Shown: positions 38,464-48,153 of the stretch, piece by piece
Layout of the letters: each line of letters starts with the position of its first letter
Position numbering within the stretch: the stretch's first letter is position 1
IMG/VR virus record: IMGVR_UViG_3300045918_000157
Span: 1 to 64,000 of that record
Length of the DNA stretch: 64,000 nt
Strand: one strand, 5' to 3'
Origin: a virus
Position numbers and translations under genes: made by a program
Notes under the pieces: generated by a model
What the model was told of the DNA's origin: nothing
Seen by the model: the letters and a program-made list of their open reading frames with translations, nothing else
Databases searched by the model: none

Positions 38464-38639
38464 TGCCTGATATATTACTCACGCTACTTGTGTATGCTGT
38501 GATCTTCGGTGCAGTGTTTTTGCTCATTTACAAGCTTGATATACCGGAGCCGTGGAAAGAGATACTCAAGATAGCAGCAGTTGTTATCAGTGTATTGTTT
38601 ACATTCAGTATGCTATTCAGTGAATTGTGGAGAGCATAA
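38463..38639 (+). CDS. small two-TM membrane protein (58 aa; holin/antiholin candidate), not in the ORF track
   Basis: MPDILLTLLVYAVIFGAVFLLIYKLDIPEPWKEILKIAAVVISVLFTFSMLFSELWRA. TAATG overlap with the previous gene. Confidence 0.7.
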   Translation: MPDILLTLLVYAVIFGAVFLLIYKLDIPEPWKEILKIAAVVISVLFTFSMLFSELWRA

Positions 38640-39091
38640 GTTTGAAAGCCTCGCAGAACGCAGTAAAACTTGTCAAGTTGTCAGAAGGCTTTAGCGCAGT
38701 ACCTTATAGATGTCCAGCCGGTGTACCTACTATTGGTTATGGCTCTACTCGATACCCTGACGGCAGACGAGTGACTATGGAGGATGCACCAATTTCTGAG
38801 GCTACGGCAGCACTGATGGTGCTTGCTACGCTTGGTGAATATGAGAATGCAGTTAATCGCTATGTCACTGTACCACTTAACCAGAATCAATACGACGCAT
38901 TGACCGACTTCGCATACAATGCTGGTGCAACCAACCTGCGTACAAGCACACTACTCAAGAAACTTAACAAAGGCGACTACATCGGTGCAGCACTTGAGTT
39001 CGGCAAGTGGATTTACGGTGGTGGTAAAAGGCTTTCAGGACTTGTTACTCGCCGTGCAGCAGAGAAGAACCTTTTTAACAAGCCTGTATGA
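38627..39091 (+). CDS. endolysin, GH24 lysozyme
   Basis: EG.....Y.CPAGVPTIGYG, LNQNQYDAL.DFAYNAG and GLVTRRAAE. Confidence 0.95.
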   Translation: MESISLKASQNAVKLVKLSEGFSAVPYRCPAGVPTIGYGSTRYPDGRRVTMEDAPISEATAALMVLATLGEYENAVNRYVTVPLNQNQYDALTDFAYNAGATNLRTSTLLKKLNKGDYIGAALEFGKWIYGGGKRLSGLVTRRAAEKNLFNKPV

Positions 39092-39603
39092 CGTTGCCCT
39101 ATAAATTGCTAGCTTATGGTGTCCTATTAGCGGCACTAATAGCAGGGTACTTTTCTTGGAGTAGTCACGAACAAGGTGTAGGTGCTGATGCAGAACGCGC
39201 TATTTGGGTAGAGAAGCTTGACAAGCAAAAAGCTGAAGCTGCTGCACTCCTGCTTACTGCACAGGACGAAGCTACTACTGCAAGAGGTAAACTTAAAGAT
39301 ACGATAGAAGCATTGGGGAAACAACGTGAACAACTTCAAGCTGAAAACACTGCCAGCCTGCGTAACTATGCTACTACTCACCGCTTGCAGTACACCACCA
39401 CGGGAAGTGGGCAAGGTTGTGGTAACGCCAAAGGCAGAGCGGCAGGCTCCACCAGTGACACAAGCACCACCATCGTACAGCTTCCAGAAAAGATTAACGG
39501 AAATCTTTTCCGACTAGCAGGGGATGCAGACAGTCTCAAAATAGACTACGGCATCCTGTACAACTATGTTAACAACCCTAAGCTTGTCTGCGAGCTACGT
39601 TAG
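39088..39603 (+). CDS. Rz: i-spanin (Rz-like)
   Basis: N-terminal TM helix then coiled coil, directly after the endolysin. Confidence 0.75.
   Translation: MTLPYKLLAYGVLLAALIAGYFSWSSHEQGVGADAERAIWVEKLDKQKAEAAALLLTAQDEATTARGKLKDTIEALGKQREQLQAENTASLRNYATTHRLQYTTTGSGQGCGNAKGRAAGSTSDTSTTIVQLPEKINGNLFRLAGDADSLKIDYGILYNYVNNPKLVCELR
39326..39517 (+). CDS. Rz1: o-spanin (Rz1-like lipoprotein) embedded in Rz
   Basis: Out-of-frame ORF inside Rz with lipobox LLLTA-C and a Pro-rich mature part. Confidence 0.75.
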   Translation: MNNFKLKTLPACVTMLLLTACSTPPREVGKVVVTPKAERQAPPVTQAPPSYSFQKRLTEIFSD

Positions 39604-41669
39604 ATACGTATAATGTTCGCAGCGAACGAATCAGCTAGGTCCGAGTGAGTGACAAGCACTACCTGTTCGTAGCCACAAGAAGCTAGCATACCAAGCATTG
39701 CTGTCTCCCTGACATCATCAGCTGCAGCTGCAGGCTCATCGACCAGCATGGTATTGAGACTCCCTAAGAACGTTTTCTGTAACGTCATCCTAATGGCCAA
39801 CCCAAGCGCATCCTTGGTAGAGCCGCTATAGGCCTTGACAGACTTGCCATCCACCAGAAATGTAGAGTCATCTCGGGTGACTACTGAAGGTGTGCCTCGC
39901 ACCATGCTAAAGTAGGTTGACACGGCAGCAAGCACAGTACCCCAAAGTTTCTTGGCCACTACGGGCCTTGCATCTCTGAGTTTCTTGATAAGCCTGTTAT
40001 TGTCGCCATACTCTGCCAGCGTGGCGATCAACTCTGCCCGCTTAGCAAGGCCTGCAGCGTGCCTTTCCAGCGCATAATTGTGTGCCTGCACTGCACTAGC
40101 CAGCGCGGCAATTGCGGCGGCTGTGGTAGCCTTGGCGGTGTGCAGCCGAACGGTTGCAGCCCTCGCTTCAACCAGCGCGGCGGCGGCGGCGGGCGCTGCC
40201 AGCGCATCAGCCGGGTCCGCTTCCAGTGTGGGTAGTTCTGCTATAGTCTGCTTTAAATGCTCTGCTGTCACCAATGCCGTAGTTGTTAGTGAGTCGTGCA
40301 GTGCAACCTTGGCTTGATGCTTGCGTAGCGCGTCAATTCGCTTAACGTAGTCATTAGTGTCAAGCTCTTGTACGGCTGTTGGACCTTTCCACGTAACCTT
40401 TGACGGTATGTAAGCGTTGTCAACATCTACATAGGTAACAAGTTGCGCTATCTTCAGCGCTAGTGCGTGGTCAGCAGCATACAGAGTCTTCAGGTGGCCG
40501 TAATCTCTGTCAAGGATAACTCGTTGCGCCTTGAAGTCTGCTATTTTTTCGCTGAGAGCTAAAGCCTCTGCCTGTGCTGCGGCATTCACAGCCGCTACTT
40601 CAGGGACATCTGTAAGGTCTTTACCACACAAGCCGCACGCTGACTGCGTGATGACCTTGGCTAAAGCAGTTGCGCGTGCAAGTTCTGCATTACGCACATC
40701 AGCCATGCAAGCAGTGATGCTTGACTCAATAGAGAGTACATCGGCCTCTACCGCAGGCCTGTCAAGGTACGACTCTACGATTGGAAGCTCTGCGAACATC
40801 TTCCACTTGGTTGCAACGACTACCTGAGAGTTCTGCTTAACTAAAGCTGCCGTCAGTGCCTCCATAGTCGATGTTTCATCAGTTACTGGTGCCTGTACTA
40901 CCGCACTTTCCTGTGCGGCTGTCAACTGATTACTCAGCATCTTCCTGCGTATAGTAATTTCCTTTGCGCTATTAATCCTCAAGGTAGCTCGTTCAGCTTC
41001 TACTTTGGCACGCTCATACGCAACATTTGCAGCATCAGCCGCATCAAAAGCCGCAAACTCAACCTGTTTAGCAGCTGTTACGACCGACTCTAGCGCACCA
41101 AAGTCGCCAACAGGGACATCAACAATCGGCAGAGCCTCCAGCTGCGACTCAAAAATCTTGGTGTTGCCGCTAGGTAGCCGTGTTTGAACTCGATCTACAA
41201 GTTCGTCAATCAAGCCCATATTCGACAGTCTCTCAATCAACGAGACTGCACTACCGTCCAGAGATTCTTTTAGCTGGCCCTGTCCTGCAATCATGGTGGC
41301 TACAGCCGTTGCCATATTGCAGTTAAATAGAGCTTCCATGTAACTTGTGACCTCTGAGTGGCCTGATACACGTAAGCTATCAGGTCCAAGCAACTCAGCA
41401 CCACTCTTTTTACGGGTGATGATATAATCGTTGCCGTTGTGCGTGAAGCTGTGCTCTACTTTGAGCGTGTTTACCGACTCACCCCACGTTACTGTGTCTT
41501 CCAAAGAAAGCGGCAAGGCCCGTGCACCGTAGTAGGCGTAAGCAATGGCACTAAATGTGGCACTCTTTCCAGCCTCGTTAGCGCCTCTTAGTACGTTAAG
41601 TCCGCTAGTGAAGTTAACCTCAAGTGCACGATGTTGTTGGAAATTTGTCAGTTTGAGCGAATTAAGCAT
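39600..41669 (-). CDS. SbcC/Rad50-like recombination ATPase
   Basis: GANEAGKS Walker A, CGLCG zinc hook within coiled coil, YSGS signature, LVDEP Walker B, VTH. Confidence 0.92.
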   Translation of the reverse strand: MLNSLKLTNFQQHRALEVNFTSGLNVLRGANEAGKSATFSAIAYAYYGARALPLSLEDTVTWGESVNTLKVEHSFTHNGNDYIITRKKSGAELLGPDSLRVSGHSEVTSYMEALFNCNMATAVATMIAGQGQLKESLDGSAVSLIERLSNMGLIDELVDRVQTRLPSGNTKIFESQLEALPIVDVPVGDFGALESVVTAAKQVEFAAFDAADAANVAYERAKVEAERATLRINSAKEITIRRKMLSNQLTAAQESAVVQAPVTDETSTMEALTAALVKQNSQVVVATKWKMFAELPIVESYLDRPAVEADVLSIESSITACMADVRNAELARATALAKVITQSACGLCGKDLTDVPEVAAVNAAAQAEALALSEKIADFKAQRVILDRDYGHLKTLYAADHALALKIAQLVTYVDVDNAYIPSKVTWKGPTAVQELDTNDYVKRIDALRKHQAKVALHDSLTTTALVTAEHLKQTIAELPTLEADPADALAAPAAAAALVEARAATVRLHTAKATTAAAIAALASAVQAHNYALERHAAGLAKRAELIATLAEYGDNNRLIKKLRDARPVVAKKLWGTVLAAVSTYFSMVRGTPSVVTRDDSTFLVDGKSVKAYSGSTKDALGLAIRMTLQKTFLGSLNTMLVDEPAAAADDVRETAMLGMLASCGYEQVVLVTHSDLADSFAANIIRI

Positions 41670-42666
41670 TGAGTGCCTCAAGTTTTATCATTTCTTCTTC
41701 TGTCATCAACTCACGCAGCGCAGCCATGACGCTAAATGCTTGCACACCTTCCAGTGCAGTCTCAAACACAGCAGCAGTACCATCCTCTGCAGCTATACTT
41801 ACACCATTAGTAATAACATACGCTTGGCTAGTCTGCCGTAATTTACTGATAGCAGTCACTACCTGTGCAGCTTGGTCTGCGGTGGCATTTCCGGTAACCC
41901 GAACAAATTTTGCTTCGCTAAGTCCATCAAGCGCTTGCCAATCCAGTTCGGCAAATCCTCCTGTTGTCTCGACAGGCAACAGGGAGACAACACCTGCATC
42001 GACAGTAGTGTAGAATTTAACACGTACACCGAGCCAGTCGGAACAACTGCTAGCAATCTGATTTCCGGGGATAAAGACCTTGCCGACACGCTTCGACTTG
42101 TGTTCATGTGCAATCACAATCGCTTCAGCAATTGAGGCCGCTGCCTGCTCTTTGCTGAGGTTGAGTGACTGGTCTGACATCGCAGCAAAGTTATTGTCGT
42201 AGTTGCAGTGCAGGTATAAAACCTTGCACTCAGGTACAGCGGCAAGTGCTGCATCGAAAAGCTGCTGATTTGGTAAATGCGGGATAATATAGCCGTGCGG
42301 AGTCATCAGAGGTGCTTTGACGCTGATGACTGCAGGGCAACTATCCGCAAGCAATGCTGATAAGAAATCAAAGCTTGACATGACGTTACTGGTCTTTGAC
42401 AAATCATGATTTCCGGCAACAAGCCAGCACACTTTACCGGGATTAGCAGCAGCCCATGTTTTCAGTGTGAAGAACGTTTCAAGTACGTCACGGATAGGGA
42501 CGTTAACTGCATCGAAAAGATCACCTAGAAGAAGTAGATCAGTGTTGGTAGGTAAGAGCCGTTTGAAGTCCCGTTGCAGGTGCTGGCGTAGCTCCCACTG
42601 GCTAGTCAGTGTCGTGCCACCGCTTCTGATAGCGCCTAAGTGCTGATCATTATATATTGTTAGCAT
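41662..42666 (-). CDS. SbcD/Mre11-like metallophosphoesterase nuclease
   Basis: DQHLG, GDLFD, GNHD and AHEH motifs. Start set at MLTIYND. Confidence 0.9.
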   Translation of the reverse strand: MLTIYNDQHLGAIRSGGTTLTSQWELRQHLQRDFKRLLPTNTDLLLLGDLFDAVNVPIRDVLETFFTLKTWAAANPGKVCWLVAGNHDLSKTSNVMSSFDFLSALLADSCPAVISVKAPLMTPHGYIIPHLPNQQLFDAALAAVPECKVLYLHCNYDNNFAAMSDQSLNLSKEQAAASIAEAIVIAHEHKSKRVGKVFIPGNQIASSCSDWLGVRVKFYTTVDAGVVSLLPVETTGGFAELDWQALDGLSEAKFVRVTGNATADQAAQVVTAISKLRQTSQAYVITNGVSIAAEDGTAAVFETALEGVQAFSVMAALRELMTEEEMIKLEALNA

Positions 42667-43073
42667 AAAAGTTCCGGTAATGTTTTTGGTATTGTATCCC
42701 TCAAATCCCACGAACCGCCTTCGCTGCGGTCGATAAACCTTTCTATGTCGTAGCCTCTCCACTTACCTAATGTAGAGTGATAGACTAACACAAGGCTGTT
42801 GGCACCTGCGTCTTTCCACAATCTCTGCCTTGCAACCTGAGCTTTATCAAAATTCCCGTGTGGTAATCTGAAGTCATGCTTAACTTCCTTGCACTCTATT
42901 AGATGGAGTACGCCTTTACGCATCAGTAAGAAGTCAGCTAAGGTAGCCCTCATGCTTCCAGCCCTTGCGTCAGGAAGCCTATAATATGCTGTATCACTGT
43001 AGCGACACAGCGTATCAAGGTACTTTTTAAGTAACCCCTCACCTTCCTTGCCTCGATCTGAAGCACTTGTCAT
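42660..43073 (-). CDS. Holliday junction resolvase-like PD-(D/E)xK nuclease
   Basis: GKEGE...ADF...IECK and Q motifs. Confidence 0.7.
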   Translation of the reverse strand: MTSASDRGKEGEGLLKKYLDTLCRYSDTAYYRLPDARAGSMRATLADFLLMRKGVLHLIECKEVKHDFRLPHGNFDKAQVARQRLWKDAGANSLVLVYHSTLGKWRGYDIERFIDRSEGGSWDLRDTIPKTLPELLC

Positions 43074-46000
43074 GCTGTAACTACCTCAAGTTGCTTGGGT
43101 TTCTCCCTATCATACATAGTTGCAAGGCCTTTCAAGATAGCCTCTTCCGTAGGTAACTCTCCTATATCCACCTGAAAAGCTGGCCCAAAGCTTCTACCAA
43201 AGCTGATGCTCGACATGATAGGAACCATCATGTCTCCATACGGTTGCACCATACAAGAGTGCATTGCCGGGATGAATTTTAGCAAGTCTTCGATCATGAC
43301 CGATGCTACGATTTCATCATGCACAGGGAACATAATTTCACAGTCAAACTGCTGCTCAAGTCTAGCCTGCCAGATTCTGCCTTCAGCCCTTTTCGTCATC
43401 TCGCCTGCTGACCCTTGCACCTTGGTATTCACACCTTGACGCTCTGCCTTACTCATCTTATAGCCATCACCAGATGTCAGTGCTGGAACCAGATGTCGTA
43501 CAGCGCCCATCTTAGTCTTTACATACCCTAATGCTTTAACTTCCTGCTCAATGACCTTGTTTTTCCATAGAACTACATCAGGAAATGCAGACTCCTTAGC
43601 GTCAAGAAATACCTGAGCTTCCTCAACAGTTACCATTAAGGTTTGAGCTAGCTTGGGAGCCATAGCGCCAAATTCGCTAGTGAAGTTTGTCTTCTTACCT
43701 AGCGTTCGTTCTATGTAAGCCACTCCGTGTGCTGGATTTGTCTCATCCTTGACCGCAGCATAGAACTCTTCGTAGCTCATCGCAACATCTGCCCTGTAGT
43801 TATGGATTCCAACACCAGTCAGAGCGTGCATATCCTTCTTATTGTCTCCAATGAAACAGGCAAGCATCCCCTTGTCTTGCGAGTAGTCAGCGATAATCCT
43901 AAGCTCTTGAGCCATGAAGTCCATCGACACCACTACTGCACCTTTTCGGTGCGGAATGAATACTTCTCTAACCTTCGGAAGGTATCCGTCAACCTTCTCT
44001 TGCTTGCTAACCTGCTGCACGTTTGGCTTGCTAGCTGATGCCCTTCTGGTGTTAGTAGAACACTGATTGTGCGAACTATGCACTCGGCCTGTCTTCCAGT
44101 GGACAAAATGCGGATATGGGCTATAGTAGAGACTCCTACGAGTTACTACCATCTTCATACGTATAACAGCGTTTATCGCAAGCGTTTGCTCTGGCGTTGC
44201 TGTCTGCAAGGCATAGGCCATTGCCAAATTGTCGGTCTTTGGAGTACCCTGCCTAAGTCCTGCTGCTCTCATAGTGTCAGTAGGCTGGTTTGCTACTACC
44301 ACTTCAAACCCCATGACCTCATACAACAGCTTCTGCATCTGCTTAGGACTACCACAGTTGAACACTGGTTCATTCTTATAGCGCGATGCAACAAGCTTGT
44401 TTAACACCGAGAAGTCTTTGTCATCTCCAAGTGCTAGCATCCATGCGCCATGCAGGAGCGTCTGGTGACTGATTAAGTCCATCACCTTTTCAGGTAATCT
44501 CACTGAAAAAGTAATCTCTTCACCAGTAACAATGAAGTAGCTCTCCTTAACAAGTGCTGGAGTGAACTCAGTGTACACTGGCGTAACAGTACCTTCCCAC
44601 CCTTTAGTAATCAAGTAGTCCCGCAACTGTGCCCATGCTTCATCATACGTTATGTCATCTTCTGCGCTAATCTTTGCTAGCGTAGCCAAACTGACCTTCG
44701 TTCCGTGGATAAATGACTGGCAGTGCAAATATGATGCGTCTATCTCTACATCTAAATAAACTTGATAGGTGCCCTCAAGCTGCATGAATAGCTTGGCAAA
44801 GTTGTGGAAGCTTGCCGTGCAGATAGTGTCATCGCAGGCATAGCTAAAAACATGGGCTGCTGTCAGTTCCCTCATCTTGAATTTGCGCCGCTCCCACTTT
44901 GCTGTCACTGCCGGAGTTGCTACTACAGGTAATCCCATTACATCTTCATGAGCTAAGACTTCCGGCGTAATCTCTTTGTCAAAGTAGCCAAGTAGCAGAC
45001 CACCTTTGACAGTTCCGGCAGTCCCCTCTTTAGTCGTAACAGTCTTGTAGTCTACCTGATCGTAGTCAAACCACCTTTTAGACAGCTTCTTCAAGCCTAA
45101 AGAGTTGTTTTCGTCTACATACGAGGCCTCAAATTTCGTATCGAGCCAGTTAGGTAGAAGCCCTGCATAGCCGTTGTCTTTCCACTCTTTACCGAACTCG
45201 TGGTAAAGAACAGTCCCTTCAAACTGTGTGTTTTGAATAACAATCTCAAGTTTTTTAGAGGCAATCCACTCAAGCAGTTCCCTGACTTTGACCTTGGGAA
45301 CGTTATCCGTTTCTATATGATCGACTGGTATGTAAACCGTATGCTGCATGTTCTTGCCGAACGTCAGTGACATACCAGTAAGTTCAGAGCCTATCGTGTC
45401 CACACCGTCAGGGTCGTCCTGCGATGCTAGCCAATCATCGGACTCATCTCCTGTACTAGTTTCAATGTCAAGGCTGAGCCAATCACGCTGCAGAATCAAG
45501 GGTTTGACCCACTCTACGAATCCTTCCCACTTAGCAGCGGTAACAGGCCAGCTTTTAGCCGCCCAATGTTTTAGCCGCTCGTCTGCCACCTTGCCGTGCA
45601 CTAAACCGGGGAACCACTGAATCTGGTCTTTGATAGTGTTGCACCACTCTGGATGCAGGCTAGCCAAGCGCCACGAATTGAGGAACTCTTTGCGCCCATC
45701 GTAAATCTGCTTAACGATCTTGTTGCGTGGTGCCTCTGACTCTAGCTCGTCTAGGCAGTAGAGGTTAGCCAAGCGTACCATCTCAGCCATGCCTGTTTCG
45801 CCAAACTCAGCCTCAAACTTCTCCCATGCTTTGACTCCAAAGCCGGGGATACCGCTGATATTGTCGCCTACATCACCTACCAAAGCTTTGTAGAGGCTGA
45901 TGTACTTATTGTCAAACAGACCATAGGGGTTATTGCTGCACTGCCCGCCGATGCGGGTAATGATGTCAGCACCGTGTTCATTTCTTCCGTCCAGAACAGA

Positions 46001-46444
46001 TAAGTCGCCGTCATTCGATACAATTGTCAAGTCTTCGCGGCTGTGCTTGGCCAGCCACCCTATCACATCATCTGCCTCTACGTTATCACACACTATAGTC
46101 AACGTGCCAAGTCTCTTAAACACCTCGATAACCTGATCGCGTGTAGTCTGAAACGCCTCATACGCATCAGGGTGACGTTTGCCGCGCTTGGCCTTGTACG
46201 TCATGTTAATCGCTAGCCGGGGAGCCTTGCTGTTGAAGCCCTCCTTAACGAGTATCATGTCAATCGGCGTCAGGTTGAACTCTTTGAGCGCTGCACAGAT
46301 TAAATTGACAATGTTCTCGTAGGCATACTTGGCTGAATTAATCCAGACAGGTTTCCCATCCATCTCAACTTCATGCCCTTCTTTGTCCTTCCCGACTAGA
46401 AGGCACGACCATAAATTACTTGATAGGTCAAACGCGATTTTCAT
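43070..46444 (-). CDS. family A DNA polymerase with 5'-3' and 3'-5' exonuclease domains
   Basis: EADD, DGDL, GDVGDNISGIPG (5' exo); DIET (Exo I); DFMAQELR (motif A), R...K..NF (motif B), VHDE (motif C). Confidence 0.95.
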   Translation of the reverse strand: MKIAFDLSSNLWSCLLVGKDKEGHEVEMDGKPVWINSAKYAYENIVNLICAALKEFNLTPIDMILVKEGFNSKAPRLAINMTYKAKRGKRHPDAYEAFQTTRDQVIEVFKRLGTLTIVCDNVEADDVIGWLAKHSREDLTIVSNDGDLSVLDGRNEHGADIITRIGGQCSNNPYGLFDNKYISLYKALVGDVGDNISGIPGFGVKAWEKFEAEFGETGMAEMVRLANLYCLDELESEAPRNKIVKQIYDGRKEFLNSWRLASLHPEWCNTIKDQIQWFPGLVHGKVADERLKHWAAKSWPVTAAKWEGFVEWVKPLILQRDWLSLDIETSTGDESDDWLASQDDPDGVDTIGSELTGMSLTFGKNMQHTVYIPVDHIETDNVPKVKVRELLEWIASKKLEIVIQNTQFEGTVLYHEFGKEWKDNGYAGLLPNWLDTKFEASYVDENNSLGLKKLSKRWFDYDQVDYKTVTTKEGTAGTVKGGLLLGYFDKEITPEVLAHEDVMGLPVVATPAVTAKWERRKFKMRELTAAHVFSYACDDTICTASFHNFAKLFMQLEGTYQVYLDVEIDASYLHCQSFIHGTKVSLATLAKISAEDDITYDEAWAQLRDYLITKGWEGTVTPVYTEFTPALVKESYFIVTGEEITFSVRLPEKVMDLISHQTLLHGAWMLALGDDKDFSVLNKLVASRYKNEPVFNCGSPKQMQKLLYEVMGFEVVVANQPTDTMRAAGLRQGTPKTDNLAMAYALQTATPEQTLAINAVIRMKMVVTRRSLYYSPYPHFVHWKTGRVHSSHNQCSTNTRRASASKPNVQQVSKQEKVDGYLPKVREVFIPHRKGAVVVSMDFMAQELRIIADYSQDKGMLACFIGDNKKDMHALTGVGIHNYRADVAMSYEEFYAAVKDETNPAHGVAYIERTLGKKTNFTSEFGAMAPKLAQTLMVTVEEAQVFLDAKESAFPDVVLWKNKVIEQEVKALGYVKTKMGAVRHLVPALTSGDGYKMSKAERQGVNTKVQGSAGEMTKRAEGRIWQARLEQQFDCEIMFPVHDEIVASVMIEDLLKFIPAMHSCMVQPYGDMMVPIMSSISFGRSFGPAFQVDIGELPTEEAILKGLATMYDREKPKQLEVVTA

Positions 46445-46973
46445 ACTGACCTCCCTTATTCACTAAATCAGAAATCTGAGTCTTAAGATTATCAATGTCT
46501 ACAGAGTTATCAATAACAATATCAAACGGGTATCTTCTTAACCGTACCTCAGACCTGTGAGACTTTGTACTGCCTACTAAATTTATAGACCTACCAGCAA
46601 TGTGCCACACCTCACCCCCATTGTTGCGAATCCAATCTGCTTCGTTAGTAAATCTAACGTCAGATACGACAACAAGTTTTCTGCCTTTTGTGTTGGCTGT
46701 GGCTAGACTTAGCCAAAACTCTGGGTCTAAATTTCTAGCCCATTCGGTGCCTAGTGTCTGTGCCGCTGTACGGTATGAGTAGTCTTTACCTATAAGACGT
46801 AATTCCTTATCTTCTCTGTTAGTTGGTTCAACAATACCCATCGCGCTAAGTGCTTCCTTTAAAGGCTTAGCGAAAGCGTAACGCCAGTAACCGTACTCTG
46901 ACTCAAGTACTAGAGCTACTGTATCCTTACCTGACCCGGCAGGGCCAGCTAAGCCTATGAGGGGTATTTTCAT
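46428..46973 (-). CDS. deoxynucleoside monophosphate kinase
   Basis: GPAGSGKDT, FAKPLK, QTLGTEW, DVRFTNE and H.SE. Confidence 0.9.
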   Translation of the reverse strand: MKIPLIGLAGPAGSGKDTVALVLESEYGYWRYAFAKPLKEALSAMGIVEPTNREDKELRLIGKDYSYRTAAQTLGTEWARNLDPEFWLSLATANTKGRKLVVVSDVRFTNEADWIRNNGGEVWHIAGRSINLVGSTKSHRSEVRLRRYPFDIVIDNSVDIDNLKTQISDLVNKGGQYENRV

Positions 46974-47641
46974 GGCTGCTCCAAAATTCGTTTATGGTCC
47001 CATCCCATGCGCAACCGTTTAACCAGCTTTTTAGGGTGGTGGCCTGTTTCGTCTGCCCATGTTCTGAGGGGTTTTGTAATTCCATCAACAGTCAACATTA
47101 TCGTGTCACGCTTATTGCGCATCTGTTCCACCTTAGTGGCCCACACACAATTTTCGGGGCCGTACCCAAGACTGTTGTTTGATCTTTCTAGAGACAACCC
47201 TTCAGGCCTTTCGCCCATATCCGCAAAGAAGTTCTCAAATGATTCTGCCCACCTGTCGCACACCGTAATACCTCGTCCGCCGTAGTCCTTGTATTTGGCA
47301 TACTTGGGATTAGTGCACCTGTTGACCATTGCCCGGTATAAGTTGTAGATTGGCGTGTTTGCCATACCATGTGTTAGAGCAACACCTCTCCTGTCATCGT
47401 TAGAGCACTGTTTGCAGCCTAGTGTATTACCCTTCTTTAGATTGTTTGCGTAATACTCTTTAGTCTCACCACAAGTACAGAGGCAGTTCCACATTTTGTG
47501 TGGTGGCCTTCTAGGTGCTTCTGAAATAACCGTCAGTCTTCCGAAAATAGAACCGACAGCAATATCAGCGTAGGTACGTGGTGCCTGTCGCACTGTTGGT
47601 ACAGGCAGCGCTATTAGTGTACCAGCGTTACACAAGGTCAT
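46970..47641 (-). CDS. free-standing HNH homing endonuclease-like protein
   Basis: FGRLTV...CLCTCG, YGGRGITVCDRW and SLERSNN...Y.PENC.WA...Q.RN. Confidence 0.85.
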   Translation of the reverse strand: MTLCNAGTLIALPVPTVRQAPRTYADIAVGSIFGRLTVISEAPRRPPHKMWNCLCTCGETKEYYANNLKKGNTLGCKQCSNDDRRGVALTHGMANTPIYNLYRAMVNRCTNPKYAKYKDYGGRGITVCDRWAESFENFFADMGERPEGLSLERSNNSLGYGPENCVWATKVEQMRNKRDTIMLTVDGITKPLRTWADETGHHPKKLVKRLRMGWDHKRILEQP

Positions 47642-48153
47642 TTCATAGCCTCACCCTCTTTACCAGTATCCCGGTGGAGCGCCATATAGTCGCTGTACTT
47701 ATCACCATAGCGGGCAGCAAGTTTTGCTACGTTGCGTTCAAGACACTTGCTAAGGTCGATGTCAAAGTTGTAGCACATGAACTCAAGCTGTACTTGAAGG
47801 TAGGCTGGTGACATGTAACCTTCAGCTATCGAACCAGCATTAGCTGCCATCTTGAACAGATAGAGTATCAGTTCATCACCTGATTTCTTGTCGCTGCCAA
47901 TGAAATCTAACGCTGCTCCCATTGGATTCTTAGTCACATTAGCAAGCAGGTTTAAATACCAGTAGCAATCTCCAATTTCTTCCTCAAGGTGCACTAGGTC
48001 CAGAGGTTTGCCGTAGATGTAGTGCTTCTTAAAGCAGTCAACAATTTCTCCAACCTCAGTAATCATACCCATGTGGGCATGATGAAAGTCCATGATAGGC
48101 TCAATAAACTTAGCAGTGCGAATTGCCAGCGGAGCATAATCTTGGTAGTTCAT
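47638..48153 (-). CDS. MazG-like nucleotide pyrophosphohydrolase
   Basis: EVGEIVD..KK, EEIGDC.WY and N..KL..RY. Confidence 0.85.
   Translation of the reverse strand: MNYQDYAPLAIRTAKFIEPIMDFHHAHMGMITEVGEIVDCFKKHYIYGKPLDLVHLEEEIGDCYWYLNLLANVTKNPMGAALDFIGSDKKSGDELILYLFKMAANAGSIAEGYMSPAYLQVQLEFMCYNFDIDLSKCLERNVAKLAARYGDKYSDYMALHRDTGKEGEAMK

Noticed and set aside
3912-39414. Many antisense ORFs of 60-175 aa in the structural arm (and plus-strand ORFs in the replication arm)
   Set aside because: Shadows of real genes on the opposite strand, with no RBS or recognisable motifs.
44880-45030. Insertion in DNA polymerase as a possible intein or intron
   Set aside because: Too short, no Cys/Ser start with His-Asn end, and the reading frame is uninterrupted.
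46970-47641. HNH gene as part of a self-splicing intron
   Set aside because: It overlaps intact neighbouring genes by 4 nt on each side, leaving no room for intron structure; a free-standing HNH is commonplace.
46428-48153. MazG + dNMP kinase + PolA as a modified-base (e.g. dZ) pathway
   Set aside because: No PurZ, thymidylate synthase-like, queuosine-pathway or glycosyltransferase gene is recognisable in the window.
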